The notes under the pieces are model-generated. The model saw only the letters and a program-made list of their open reading frames with translations, was not told where the DNA came from and did no database searches. A stretch of 58,047 bases of DNA, the filler included, from Sphacelaria rigidula (taxonomy: Eukaryota): NCBI GenBank assembly GCA_964200075.2. It is 6 parts of 6 records of this genome, joined end to end, with 100 filler letters (N's around TTAATTAATTAA, not from the genome) between each part and the next. Parts side by side here need not be neighbours in the genome. Positions count along the whole stretch, not along the records: positions 9,694 to 19,286 come from CAXNAA020008136.1; positions 19,387 to 28,978 come from CAXNAA020008137.1; 4 more parts are not named here. One strand, 5' to 3'. How positions within the stretch are numbered: the stretch's first letter is position 1; every line of letters starts with the position of its first letter. The position numbers were made by a program, and so were the translations under genes. Of the stretch, positions 12,366 through 24,460 are shown one piece after another.

Positions 12366-13415
12366 GTTTGTTTGCTCCATGTGGTTTTGTTCCGATTTGG
12401 TCCGCAATAGTTTTTTTTCAGTAATTCCAGCTCGAGTCTGTGTAGATTCAACTGCACAACGGGGTACGTCGGGAATGATATGATTCGTCAACCTTTCCAC
12501 TCCTTGTTTTTTTTCACTTGGAGTTCGGAGGAGTCCCCAACACGTTGTGCAAAAGTTGTGGTGGTTTACTTATTGTTGCAGTGGCTCACGTTGTGTTCTG
12601 CTGGGTCCTGTAATCTTCAGCTTGGGGTCCATCGTAGGTCGGGATTACCGCTAGAGTCGAGTCAGGTTCAGTTGAGTCTGCGGTTGCTTCGGCGTCAATG
12701 TCGGGATAAATGGACTATCGACCGCAAAGGTTTTCCGCAAAACCTGAGGTTCCAGCACCCCCTGATACATTATTTCGCAAAGCCGGGTTTGTGGAGAAGC
12801 GAGAGCCTGCAAGCACTGCCCAACGAAGGGAGCAGGTGTGTGGGCACGGCAGATAATCTCGACGACTTGTTGCTAATGATACGGCCCTGTCGGCGTCATG
12901 CGTACCGTCGCTGCTGACTAATCTCGATTCTTTGAAAACGGAGGTATCAAGGGATGTGATCAACCTTAGCGATTTCAGAGGGTCACGGTAGGAGGTTGGT
13001 TCCGCGTACTGATTTTATCGTACTTTTTGAAGCCATCATGTATTTTTTAGTTGGTGTTTTTTTGAGACCATCCCAGCGTACAGGGGCTGTCGCGACCTCT
13101 ACTTAACACGGAACGCTGGTTGGAATACGGCCTACGTGAAGCCACGGTATCATTTTGTGTGCGTGTTTTCGGTTCTGTTTTCGCACGCACTCGTTGGATA
13201 TAACAGACACACCAGAGCTCAAAACGTGAAACAAACCGTTGCCTATGTTTTTCTGGCAACGTGTTGTTTTGCGGTCTCATTCGGCCGATGAGACCCGAAG
13301 CAAACCCACAGCAACAAACAAAAGTCCTATCCTGGTAGGTCGCTTCGATTTTACCCACCTGGAAGGCCCAGCGAGTCGATACATGTGCGTCATACTGGGG
13401 GATAGGAAGGCGGGC

Positions 13416-13484
13416 GTACTAATTTGTTGCTTGCCTCAGTCGTTTGACCGTTGACCACGCATCCCTTCCGAGATGGAGCACCGT
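13416..13484 (-). repeat. Short interspersed repeat (core GGATGCGTGGTCAATGGTCAAACGACTAAGGCAAGCAACAAATGAGTAC), copy 1
   Basis: Reverse complement of 15842-15910 with 5 mismatches in 69 nt. Other copies at ~38783-38860 (+), ~42690-42770 (-) and a stub at ~1490-1514. Confidence 0.85.
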
Positions 13485-13965
13485 CATACTGGGAAGTCAT
13501 CCTACGATAGGGGGGGCGGGGGCAGGAGGGGTTGATTTCACGAAAAACAGGGGCTCATAGATGTGTCAAATGACCTAGCACGTTCGCGGTGCGCTTGCAT
13601 TCGGTTGAAAGCGGTGCCAAGCAGTATAAATTAGTGTGTCTTGTATTGGTAACACGCGCGTTCGAGGAAAAGTTGCTGTTTACCACGACGATTTGGTCAT
13701 ATTTTCGTGGAAGAAATGACCCCAAATCACCTCCTCTCCATCGTGGGATGATTCTAGGAACCTATAAGACGTATACCAACATGCCTCGGAGAGTACGACG
13801 ATATAGTTGTTGGTTGGTTCCCAATGTGCTGCACGTAGCCGCATGTTGTTTGCCATATTTTCAAGCCCTCACCGGCGATCCTTTTTGCTACTGCTACTGT
13901 TGCTGTTGCTGCTGCCGCTGCTGCCGCTGGTTCTTTGCCCGTTACGGATGCGTTCCGCGGTGCAG

Positions 13966-14022
13966 GGTATGACCATCCCGCATGTCATGGTCTCTACCGA
14001 GGGCATGTTCGAGTTCGGGCAG
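13966..14022 (+). CDS. PIF1: Pif1-family helicase exon (GMTIPHVMVSTEGMFEFGQ) with GC donor
   Basis: TGCAG acceptor at 13961-65. It continues HKAQ-GMT in phase 0 and ends CAG|GCAAGT, joining AYVALSRA in phase 0. Confidence 0.88.
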
Positions 14023-15405
14023 GCAAGTACAGTACATCGCCATATATTGCAGAGGATATTGTTGAAGCAATGAGTAGGAACATATGCCGTACACTTGCGG
14101 AAACGATCATCCTGCACCCCGGTGATTCTTGTTGCAGGGCGATTGTTTTCACGGGGAAGCCCCTGCGCTGCAAGAAGACCCTGTGCATGGATACCTGGGT
14201 ACAGGTTCCTCGATCAGATATTTCTAACGACATGGGATTCGGCTGCCCTAGTGTAGCAGTGGGGGAACTCGAGACTGGATAAGTACTGTTGCGGGAGGGG
14301 GTGTTATCCGCAGTACTTCAACGGTACTCACTAGTGCAGCAGCGGGGGGAAGGGGAGGGGGAGGGGGGGGAGGGGGCTCGAGGCTAGTTGGGCAGTGGCA
14401 CGAGGGGGTGTTATCCATTGTACTACATTACTTGTTACATTCAATTCGCTCGCAGTCTGCCCCCCCCCCCTCTTCTATACAGCCAGAATCACCAATAAAT
14501 ACGTTAGTGCCGCAACGGTTTTTGGCGACATGGAGTATGACCATCAGTGATTTCCGTCCAATCAGTAGTTATATTTTCGTCTTAAACTGTAGACGCCGTA
14601 AGTCGTCGAGTACTTTCCCAGAAGCAAAACGTCAACACACCAAAAGTTGTCGAAACGTTTCCCCGAACCTTCTCTTGTCTGGTTGAGGAAGCAAAGTGCA
14701 CGACGGTGGGGGGGCTCTGTGGTGATATTTCCCTGTAAAAACATTTGGGTGAAGCAAATCACGGATGTGCGCGCCAGCAGCAGGCGTTTTTGTTTCGGCG
14801 CAACGTCGTTGTCCATCGGTAGCGACTGTTTTTAGTATCGCACAAGCCTTGTTATTTGCCCGCACTTTGGCACAGAAGTGTGCAGTAATCCATCATGCTG
14901 AGGCTGAACCCAACGACGCACACACTCCGGGTACAGGTGAAAGCTGACTCCGCACGCGCCCGATCGTTGAGGGATCATGACAAAACCACCAGCGAACGTC
15001 AAGATGTGCCGCCGCTAGTGCACCCTTTCTTACCATCGGCCAGCTATGGAGTGTGAGCACTCGGTACTATGCTGCAGCCCCAACCGTTTGCCGCCGACCC
15101 CTCCCGGATCGTGACCTAGTATTCATCGTTACCATTTTGCTGAACTTATGCCACCACGGCGCACCTGCCCGTTGTCGCTTCCGGACATGCCATGCTTTAT
15201 TCTTTTATACTCGTGCCTTTCTTTTTCGTTGCTCTTCTTCGTTTTTGAGAAAATCATCCACTACAATACCTATCTCCCCCGTTGTCTTATTTAATGTATA
15301 TGTTTTCACGAATTTTCGCTTGTGTCCCCTTCCTTATTTACGGTGTTGTGTTTTCTTGTCCAAAACCTCGGAACGAACCCGCCCCTTTATTCTTTTTCGT
15401 CCCAG

Positions 15406-15519
15406 GCGTACGTAGCACTCTCGCGAGCGACGACGCTGGATGGTCTCATGCTGGTGAAGTTTGATCCCGGCACCGTGAAGGTGCATCACAAGGTCGAGGG
15501 GTTCTACAGGGCTCTCGAG
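15406..15519 (+). CDS. PIF1: Pif1-family helicase exon (AYVALSRATTLDGLMLVKFDPGTVKVHHKVEGFYRALE)
   Basis: Polypyrimidine tract and CCCAG acceptor; GT donor at 15520. Helicase motif VI GQAYVALSRA and a Pif1-type C-terminal KV..FY. Confidence 0.92.
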
Positions 15520-15841
15520 GTACGGTCAGTCCCGCATTCCCTCTTTGCAGCCGACCTTACTGTACCTTCAGCAGTCCAAGCACTTTGAGGAGGAGAGTGA
15601 GCGTGAGGGTCAGGGCGTCGTTGTTCGGAAGGAATGCCAATATATTTTCAGTTTTCGCACCACCGGGGTCGCTGTCCCATCCTGTGGCAAGATTCCACGA
15701 GGCAGGTGCATCATACTCCGCACTTGATGTTTTTTTCGGCGTGATGTTACCTTCTCCACATATTTTTTGCCGAGCAAAGACCTAGTACGTACATGTACCC
15801 GTGAAATCCTCCCCCCCCTGGTGCCTCTATTAGGGGTAGGA

Positions 15842-15917
15842 ACGGTGCTCCGTCTCGAAAGGGATGCGTGGTCAATGGTCAAACGACTAAGGCAAGCAAC
15901 AAATGAGTACACCCCCC
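15842..15917 (+). repeat. Short interspersed repeat, copy 2 (inverted relative to 13416-13484)
   Basis: Same 69-bp core followed by a C-run. Confidence 0.85.
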
Positions 15918-16240
15918 TGGTTCGGCGAAAACCCGGCGTGTTCCGTCCGATTTGTAGGGATAAGAGGTCAATGGTCATATGACTACGGCATGCAAGATCA
16001 TGAATACACCCCCACGCCGCCGCCCCTCCCCCCCAGTACAGGGTATGAATTAGAATGGCATGAGCAGCAAAATGTATCCAACGGTCAACGTCAAAACTGC
16101 GTGAGACCGTGCCTTCCCCCCCGCTCTCTTTCCTCTTGGTTTCTCGTGCCGCACTCAACTGCTTGTTTGTTGTAACGTGGACGATCCGCCAAAACCGAAA
16201 ACGTCGCCATGGATCTATCTTCACGTATACACTATCGCAG

Positions 16241-16297
16241 GGGAGGGCGCGCGTGGGACCTTCGAGAGCTGTCACCGCCGTTCCCAGACAGGGCCAG
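16241..16297 (+). CDS. PIF1: Probable Pif1 C-terminal tail exon (GRARVGPSRAVTAVPRQGQ)
   Basis: TCGCAG acceptor and CAG|GTGGGT donor; 57 nt, phase 0/0, compatible with both neighbours. No conserved motif. Confidence 0.55.
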
Positions 16298-17974
16298 GTG
16301 GGTTCTGACTCCTAGGATCATACTCCAGTGCTGGCAATTTTGACCGTTCGGAGGATCTGCACGGGTGCTATGTTTGTGTCCCCCAGGCCTCCATTCCTCG
16401 GGGTATTCATTTTTAATCAGCCGAAAGCGCGTCTGAGAGATTATCTCGTGGGTTGAAAAGAAACGGTGTTATTTCTTTTCAATACTTGGGAGGCGGTGAT
16501 TTCGAAGGTTCAGCGCCCGAACACAGCGCACCTGGCGTCCGATGATGCTGAAACTTCACGTATATGAAGCTTGAAGCCGAAGGTAGGTGTTGACACAGCC
16601 GTTTCGGCAACCCAAGGCGCTCTGTGCGCTGCGTGACTTGAAAGGAGGATTAAGCACGGAGCTGAACTGTTCCGAAACGTGTCCGCCTTTAGACACCTTT
16701 TCTAAAGGGAAATGATATCAAATCTGCCCGGGGGTAGCGACAGAGATCTTGCAAGCATTGTCCTTTACGTCGTCCGCTTACCGGTCGACGGTGGAAGTGA
16801 CACTGGAAACGACCGCCAGTCAGGTTTTATCTGGAAGGTGCCCTTGGGTTGTATATGCCGCCTAGCGCAACACGCGGCCGAACAGCCGAGCCAAACAGAA
16901 GCGTGTCGTTTGCAAAGGACCACTGTCGTGTCTGAAGATGCTCGGGAAGGGGGCAACGTCTCGTTACAGACAGTGCCAGACTTGAGCTGCCGGAGACTAC
17001 GGCGGCCTGACGGGAGCAGGGGCGGTTGCTGTAGTCTTCTGGTATCAGGATCGACCTGAAATCCTTACCCACAATTCTCCCACGTGAATCTTGAGCGTAT
17101 CCCTGCATGCGCTTCATCGACGTTTTGCAGAGTTTTTTCACCACTTCAGTTGATTCCAGAATGGGACAGCATGTAAGTTGCCATTTGCAATTTTCACGAA
17201 TGGATCGCGGGTATTCTATACCGACCTGCCGAGACGGGGTTTGCATCGTACAGTCAGTACTACAGTACTCGTTATACTGCTGGCTACTAACACACGGTGT
17301 CAACTTCATCGTTTATTAGCCTGCCGCAATGCGTTTCGGCTATAAAGTGGTTCCTGCCTCTGCAGTGATATGCATATTTCGACATCCGGCCGCCTGAGCC
17401 TTCCACACTGTGCGTAGCGCCATATTGTCGTGCAGGTGTGAACACCTCTCTTCCGAGAACGTGTGCCACTCTTGTCTCTGCATATTTGACACCTTAGAGA
17501 ATAATCATCTCCAACAGCAGCCGCGGGCTATGGAATGCATTTCGGTAAAATGCCTCCATAAATTGACATTAAAAAAGGGACAACACTGGAAAATAATGAG
17601 GCACGCGTACTGAGCCATTCCCTGTACACCCACTGGCTTAGACTGAGGCCGTGGTGGTGTGTGATTCACGAGGTGCACGTTTTGTGGCTTTGTGCTCTCA
17701 AGCTGCAGTTGTCGACGTGCGGTTACTCGAAGGAGCTGTGGCCATGAGTCGACGGCAAGAGCCGGCACAAACGACAAAAGTAGGCAGAATACTGTTCGGT
17801 GTATAAAGCCATCGTGGCTAAAGCAGTTCAGGCACATCTACGAATCTGTACATCTCATTGCCACCCGCGGATGCATAGACGGATTCATGTAGACTTGGTC
17901 ATGCATACCTCAGGGAGCACACATGCGTCTGCTCCCGACCTCACCCCGTCTCTCTGGTGCCTGATTCACCGCAG

Positions 17975-18246
17975 GCCCCTGTGGCAGCGGGAGGGTGGAT
18001 ATCACGATCCACTTCCCACCCCACGCCTTCCGGCATCCCCCACCCCCCACACCCACAAGGAGCAAGTAGCAGCTCCCCGGCAGCAGCGGCATCATCATCT
18101 TCGGGACAGCGAAGCAGCACATGGTCTTCGTCTCCGCAAGGGGCAAGGGGTAGGACCGGCAACAGTGGGGGGTCCGTTGGTGGGGGAGGGGGAGCAACCG
18201 TGGGGGGCATATCTCCCGCGGGAAGAGCGAGGATGGAGGCCAATCG
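17975..18246 (+). CDS. PIF1: Probable low-complexity Ser/Gly/Pro-rich tail exon of the Pif1 gene (..GISPAGRARMEANR)
   Basis: CCGCAG acceptor and CG|GTGAGG donor; open GC-rich frame in phase 0. Assignment to the Pif1 gene is inferred from strand and phase. Confidence 0.6.
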
Positions 18247-19286
18247 GTGAGGAAGACGGAGTGGATTTTGTGCTTGCTACAGTGGAGTTCATCCGAGGGG
18301 GGGGAGGCGGGTATATTTTTCCATGGTCCCATTTTACATGTGTTACTGAAGTTGGTTGAGCATGCCGTAGCAGGGGGTAATATATGACTTGAGCCGCGCA
18401 GAAACCAAGACTCATGGTGAACGTATCTTCCCGAGGACTTCAAACACTAATGAGATACCGTCTAAGATTGAAAACGCAGAATTCGCAGATAGTTAGACTG
18501 AAATCATTGGCTCTGATATTACTGAACAAGTAGCTCACCTGCTGTACATACACGTTGGGCATTGCCAAACAGTCGCAGAGTTGAGGGTCTCGGCGTTGGA
18601 ATGAATAAGGTTGAACATCGAAGGACTACACGTCAGGAAAACATACTGTTATATGCTACTCTCATTATGGCTAGGGCTAACATGCATCAGACATTATGCG
18701 TTTGCCTCACTTCCCACCGAGAACTAGCCTTCTTGAATGAGACAAACAACCGCCCCCCTGCCTAAGCGAGTACGGGCCTTACCGCAGGTGGCAGGTTAAT
18801 CATATACGTATTCGACGTCGCATCACGATCTACCTTCCAGTACACGTGTACAGTACATATAGACACATTATTGTGTGGATGTTGCTCCACGAATCCTCAT
18901 GCCTGGAGGGGAGCCGGGAGCCCGGGCGTAGGAACGCATGCGTTGCGCTCAGGTTTTTGGACCAGTCAACACCAGTTGACACCAACTATCGAGTGGAGAA
19001 GGCGGGTGTCCCTTCCTCTGAAGCTGGAGATATGCTTTACATTTGCGCCACCCAGCTTACGTGTAGAGACGGCACAACGAGGCGCCGTACCACAGGTTGA
19101 GAACACGGTAATGCAGCATCTCAAACCTTGAGAGATTTGACTGAGGAGTCGAAACAGCGAATCTTGGGAACGAGTTTGCAGGATTGACACTTTCTACGAT
19201 AGCCCCCCCCCCCCAAAAAAAAAAATCCAACCGCAACCGACACCCGTGAGGCAGTGTACAACCCGTGGTTGTCTGTGGAAGTGGCG

Positions 19287-19386
19287 NNNNNNNNNNNNNN
19301 NNNNNNNNNNNNNNNNNNNNNNNNNNNNNNTTAATTAATTAANNNNNNNNNNNNNNNNNNNNNNNNNNNNNNNNNNNNNNNNNNNN
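19287..19386. other. Artificial contig linker
   Basis: N-run with TTAATTAATTAA core. Confidence 0.98.
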
Positions 19387-19453
19387 CCAACTCGTCTGTG
19401 TCGATGAGATATTGCTTTTAGAGCTTGAATCCGTTTTTAGGCTGGCCCAGCTC

Positions 19454-20430
19454 GTACTTTTTTGCAGCTTCTACCTCGTTTTACGCCCTTGAAGAGAGCT
19501 TGGCGGATTTTGACACCGTGGAATGCCTTGCTGTACTAGTTGAGACGGTTTCAGCACACCTGTGCATTTTTCCGGTGGCCACGTTCTTCTCTTGCCCAAC
19601 CTTGCACTTTTTTCGAAGACCCATCAAGTCCAGGAAAACTTCGCGAATTCTTGTGGACTTGACCGGTCTCCAAAAAAATGAGCGGTCGACGCGAAAAATG
19701 CAAGGTTGGACAAGAAAAAAACTGTGGCCATCGGAAAAATGCACAGGTGTGCTGGAACCGTCTCAACGACTACAGCAAGGCATTCCAAGGTGTCAAAATT
19801 CTCATACGTCGGATGAGCATGGGTATGACTCGTGGCATTCGCACTCGTTCGGCTGCTTGTGGGCCGTTTTTGGAGTGTGAAGTGTGGAGCGGGCCGTTTT
19901 TGGTCCTTGAAGCACTGGAGTCATTGCTCGTGGCGGAAAAAATTAATAGATCGAGTACTCGACTCATTGCTCATGGAAAAAAATACCAGGGCGAGTGCTC
20001 GACTCATTGCTCGTGGTGGAAAAAATAATAGGTCGAGGACTCGAGTCATTGCTCGCGTGGGAAAAATCGAAACGGTGAGCACTCACGTCATCGCTCGTGG
20101 TGATAAAATAAATAGGTCAAGTACTCGAGTCATTACTCATGGTGGGAAAAATCAACAGATCGAGTACTCGAGTCATTGCTCGTGGTGATAGAATAGATAG
20201 GGCGAGTACTCGGGTCATTGTTCGTGGTAGAGAAAACAAATGAGTCGAGCACTCGAGTCGTTGCTCGTTGTGGAAAAATAAATGGCTCGAGCACTCGAGT
20301 TATGCCCGTGGTGTTTTAAAAAAAATCAACGAGAGCACTCGTTTTGACGAGTAATGACTCGTCCGACGGTTGAAAATCTTGCCGACCCTCTTCTACGGCG
20401 TGAAACGACGGAAAAGCTCCAAAGAGGTGC
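19454..20430. mobile_element. Foldback element whose right arm is split by an insertion
   Basis: 19506-19620 pairs with ~19685-19800 (GATTTTGACACCGTGGAATGCCTTGCTGTA / TACAGCAAGGCATTCCAAGGTGTCAAAATT). Pairing with 19454-19505 resumes at 20373-20430. Confidence 0.85.
19803..20372. mobile_element. hAT-like non-autonomous element with internal ~42-bp tandem repeats
   Basis: TIRs CATACGTCGGATGAG / CTCGTCCGACGGTTG with near-identical 8-bp flanks AAAATTCT and AAAATCTT. The interior is ~10 copies of GAGTACTCGAGTCATTGCTCGTGGTGGAAAAAATAATAGG variants. Confidence 0.8.
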
Positions 20431-20569
20431 TTTTTCATATTTTTACTTTCGTCTGCTGCAAGGAGCGGTTAGGGATGACACGCCCCCAGGGCGTGTCACA
20501 GTATTTTTCGATCGAAACCGTGCGGTGTGTGTGTGTGTGCTGTCATCCCATTTGTTCTGGACGCCAGTC

Positions 20570-21155
20570 TATGGAAAAGGAATTCCGATCTGATGGACCG
20601 TAATTTCGTAATTTCAACTATCATCATTTATTTTGACATCAAGACCTATCAGATCGGAATTTTGGTTTCCACCGCACTTTTTCGATCGATAAGGTATGGT
20701 GGAAAACAAGAATTCCGACAGTAGAGTTCACCACTTGGGATGGTGAGAAATTTCTCAGATAGTTCGACTTGTTTGTAATGTGAACAGCGAAAATCCGGAT
20801 CTTTAATAGAGGCTATGCTCCAAGCGTGCTCCTAGCTTGCGTAGTACGCGTTTTGGTCGAAATCGGCGCTGGGGACGCCGATTTGATTTCTGGCGCCGTA
20901 CCCTTTGCCTATGTTACACTCTCCACCCCCTCGCCCGAGGGTTCTCGGTGTGCCTTCGTTGGGGTTAGGGTTGGTGTTGGTGTTGGTGTTACAGTTTGTT
21001 CGAAGTTATGAGTTCTTGAGAAATTTCTCACCATCCCAAGTGGTAAACTAACCTCAATTTCGATCCGATGGGTCGTGATTTCAACCACTGCCAGCATAAA
21101 TTACGATACAGTAGTCGAATTCATGACCCCTCAGATCGGAATTTTCCTTTTCCAC
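20570..21155. mobile_element. Degenerate inverted-repeat element
   Basis: GGAAAAGGAATTCCGATCTGA (~20573) pairs with TCAGATCGGAATTTTCCTTTTCC (~21131). CCACTTGGGATGGTGAGAAATTTCTCA (~20731) pairs with TGAGAAATTTCTCACCATCCCAAGTGG (~21017). Confidence 0.65.
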
Positions 21156-23075
21156 AACACATTTTCGATCGAAAAGTAATGTGCGAAGCCACGCCCCAAC
21201 AGTCGGATGCAACACAGACAGCATGTACACCAATCATCATTTTCGGGCCGTGCACAAACACGGGCAAAGCGATTTTGAACAACATCGCCTTCAAAAACGG
21301 CCTCTCCGCAACCCAAAGTTCGTGCACCGTGAGTGAATGCCTATCTGGACCCGCTGGTGTACTAACCGCCACATCATGAGCAGCTGGGCAGCTGCTGCGC
21401 TGGCAAAAAAATATTGATCTGTACCGGGACATCCCTGTGGATGGTGACAATCTGCACAATAATCACTTACATATCGCCCGTAGACGTGCTCAGTTCGGGA
21501 GGCACGGACGTACGCTCGCTGTCGGCGCTGCAACACACGCTGAAACTACGGCCGCATGTCATGTGAAGCACAGTAAAGCCAACAAGGTCATGTCGAGGAA
21601 TTTGGGGTTGCGGGTTGTAGCAGTGCGCAACAGGGCGAGAAAAGGTAATATTTTGTTTTGTTTTGTTTTCAGGGAGGGGGGGGGGGAGGGGGCGTTTGAA
21701 CGGGAACACTACTTCAAGGGTCAACTTCAACAATTTATGGAAACTGCGCCAGCAACGGCCAGCAACGGCCAGCAACCGCAGAAAGTGCCCTACAGCGATG
21801 GTAGGCGAGCTCAGGTGGCTATAAAACGGAGTTGTGGTGAGATCGCAATGATTAGGCATTGCCACACAAGTTGCGTATTGGTACAGCCGTGCACGGTCTA
21901 CAATGCGTTGAGTGGTTATTCACGTAACCGGGCCACTTCAACAGCAACAACCAATCAAAAGTCAGCATGGCAGACTGTGTGTCACGATACAGCACGCCAC
22001 TGCGAATAGCAGCAAGTGCCACGCGTAATATCATCGTCTTGTAGCTATTAGACGTACAGTACTGGGAACAGGCGCACGGGCAGTCTACTGCACTACCGGG
22101 GTGACACATGAGAATGAGAACAGGGAGCCGGTTATTTCTTGTGCCGACCAGTTAGAACAGTTGTACTGTATCGACTACAGCACTACCTCTCACCTGTACA
22201 TCGATTGCACTAGAAGCCCTCTCGCGCGCCAGGTCCTCGTTCATTACCCCTCACTCTAGACTGACAATAAAAAGCTCTGTCTGTTAGGGGTAGTCTACAT
22301 TGTTCCGCTTAACTGGGCAGGGTTAGAGAGGATGACTACCCTCATTTTGAATATGTCATAACCCAGAGACAAGACCGCCTCCAAGACCCAAGACGCCTCC
22401 TTCTGTATACATTGTACTTCTCGCTCCGACCGGATCTTAAGCACCGAGGAACGTGTTGTTCCAGAGTATCTGTTCCAGCTGCATGGCAGTATAGTATCGT
22501 ACCACATTGCACCTTGAAATATTGAGCCTGGCATGCACCGATGTCCGAGGCAAGGCGATCACGCGATCACAACAGATATCTTGCATAAATCAACCATGGA
22601 AGTATGTTCATGATTTGAGTGCCTAGGTGTGTGGTCTTTATTTTGAAACTATTTTGAAACTTCGGTTCAGCCTACCGTAAATCAACTGACTATCTGATCA
22701 AGGTTCAGCGTGCATGAACTGGCTCCTAGCCCCGAATATATTTGGACTTGAAAATTATAATAAGTTGCGCTGAACTACCAAACTGGCTCTCTGGTGCTCC
22801 AGCTGCGGTTCAGTCGAGTTCAGTTCGTCACAGGGCACCCCAGCAGACGTCCAAGACGAAGACGGCCATCGACAGTTCAGTTCAGCGATCACTAAATACA
22901 ACCACACACCAATCTCAGGCGAGTCGAATTATCCGTGAAATGGTCGATGCATGTTGGATTTAGCCATTGCGTCGCATCATCATCAATCATCACGACGAGG
23001 ATTAAGACACAGTACCGTACAGTACAGTACAGTCCCGACGAGCCCCGAGGCTAGTTGCTATATATGTCCCACAAG

Positions 23076-24460
23076 CTACGGCACAGGTTGATACGCTATG
23101 CAGCTACCCAGCTCTGATCCTGAGTAATGATGCTTTCTGGAGGTGTACTGGCTGCCTCTTTCCTTGCGGAACAACAGGATCACAGGTACAGCAACATTGA
23201 TTGTACCGTTTTGGTCAAGCAGATATTTGAACTGCGAAGCGCTCAAGCTTTTTTCTTCGCCGTTGCCCAACAAGTCCAGCGTGCAGGAAGATCTGCTATA
23301 CAGGACAACGATTGTGAAGAGTCCATGTGCCTGTACTGTTATCTGTAGCGCGGTACGGTGTCGTAATTGTTGGCGCTGTCCGTAGTGCCCTCTGCGTTGT
23401 TGACCTATACAACCGGCGGCATCGGTAACTAAACACCGTCTCCCCCAGTTTTCAGTGGAGTGTACAGTATTCTGGGTAACACTGTTGGGCGTGTGCATGG
23501 GTGTGGCCGTGTACAGGATCTTTCCTCAGCTCACTGCTGGTGGGAGCGACTCGCCCAGATTTGGTCTTTTGCTTGGTCAAGTGGTGGATGTGCTCTTCGA
23601 ATCATCGAGAGTTCCGTTATTATAGGACGATGTACGTGACTAGGATGTAAATATTACAACTGTGCTACCGCATGACAGTATTCTTGTTGTGCAGCGCGGC
23701 TGTTTGTTTCCTGACGAAGCTCACATCACCCGCTGTAGCCACCTCTACTTCGATGGCTGCTGTTTCGACCTCTGTACCGTACCGTATTTTATCCCCTGTA
23801 CACCGTGGTCTGAGCAAGCCGCTCGCTTGGTACCGCACCGCCCCGCACCGTATACAACAGCACAAACCCGCTACAAGCATCGGGAACCCGATACTGTCCG
23901 TACCGTTGCACACTACTGATGTCCAAACTCCACTACTGTAAGTGTATTCGTAGAATCGTACTCGACGGGAACGTGACAGGTCATCGCAAGTTGTGCCGCC
24001 GGCGGAGCAACTGCAGCCACTATTACAGTTGTTGTACTGTCCTGCTCCCTGCTGTTGTCTGTATCGAAGGTCGGTCGTAGGTAAAACAGATTCTGCCCAG
24101 CCTACTTGATCTGCTCCGCGTTTACTGCTCGAGAGTCGCGCTAGTCACGTTGGAATGGAGCGATACTCTCAGTGAAACATTTACCTAGGGGAGGATGGCA
24201 GCTCTATAACTACACACAAATGAAACAGACAGCAGACAGTTCGGCAATACATGAACCGTCCTCCGGGTAACGTGAAGATATATGTGCAGCGTCGCCTGAG
24301 TTCCAAAGTTTGGTGTGCGCAAATTGCGGCTTGTTTTTTACAGTAGAGTAGACGCCCGTTGTCGTGCACATGTTCCTCGCACCATTCGCTTCTGGCAAGG
24401 TAGTGATGGGGCCAATACCCTGCTTGAGCAAGAATTCCTCACCCTGATCTAGTGGAAAAT
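23076..24460 (-). mobile_element. Very old LTR-retrotransposon debris (RNase H-like and integrase-like traces)
   Basis: NWGRRCLVTDAAG and HYSGSEL resemble RNase H (TDAS; YS..ELE). DQGEEFLLKQGIGPITTLPEANGA resembles an integrase core (D.G.EF...GI...T.P...NG). Short motifs only. Confidence 0.35.

Noticed and set aside
13888-13929. Poly-Cys/poly-Leu coding tract
   Set aside because: Intronic CTG-type microsatellite just upstream of the Pif1 acceptor.
12299-15519. Helitron Rep/Hel helicase
   Set aside because: The gene is intron-rich with cellular Pif1-like motifs and C-terminus; no Rep domain or Helitron end is seen in the contig.
15610-16275. 221-aa minus-strand ORF
   Set aside because: Antisense to a Pif1 intron, runs through an interspersed repeat, and has no domain or coding-like composition.
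19900-20345. CRISPR-like palindromic repeats (also 37320-38230)
   Set aside because: The units are contiguous, with conserved A-rich linkers rather than unique spacers, and are enclosed by TIRs and TSDs.
21437-22009. 190-aa plus-strand ORF
   Set aside because: Crosses T-rich and poly-G tracts; no recognisable domain or consistent splice context.
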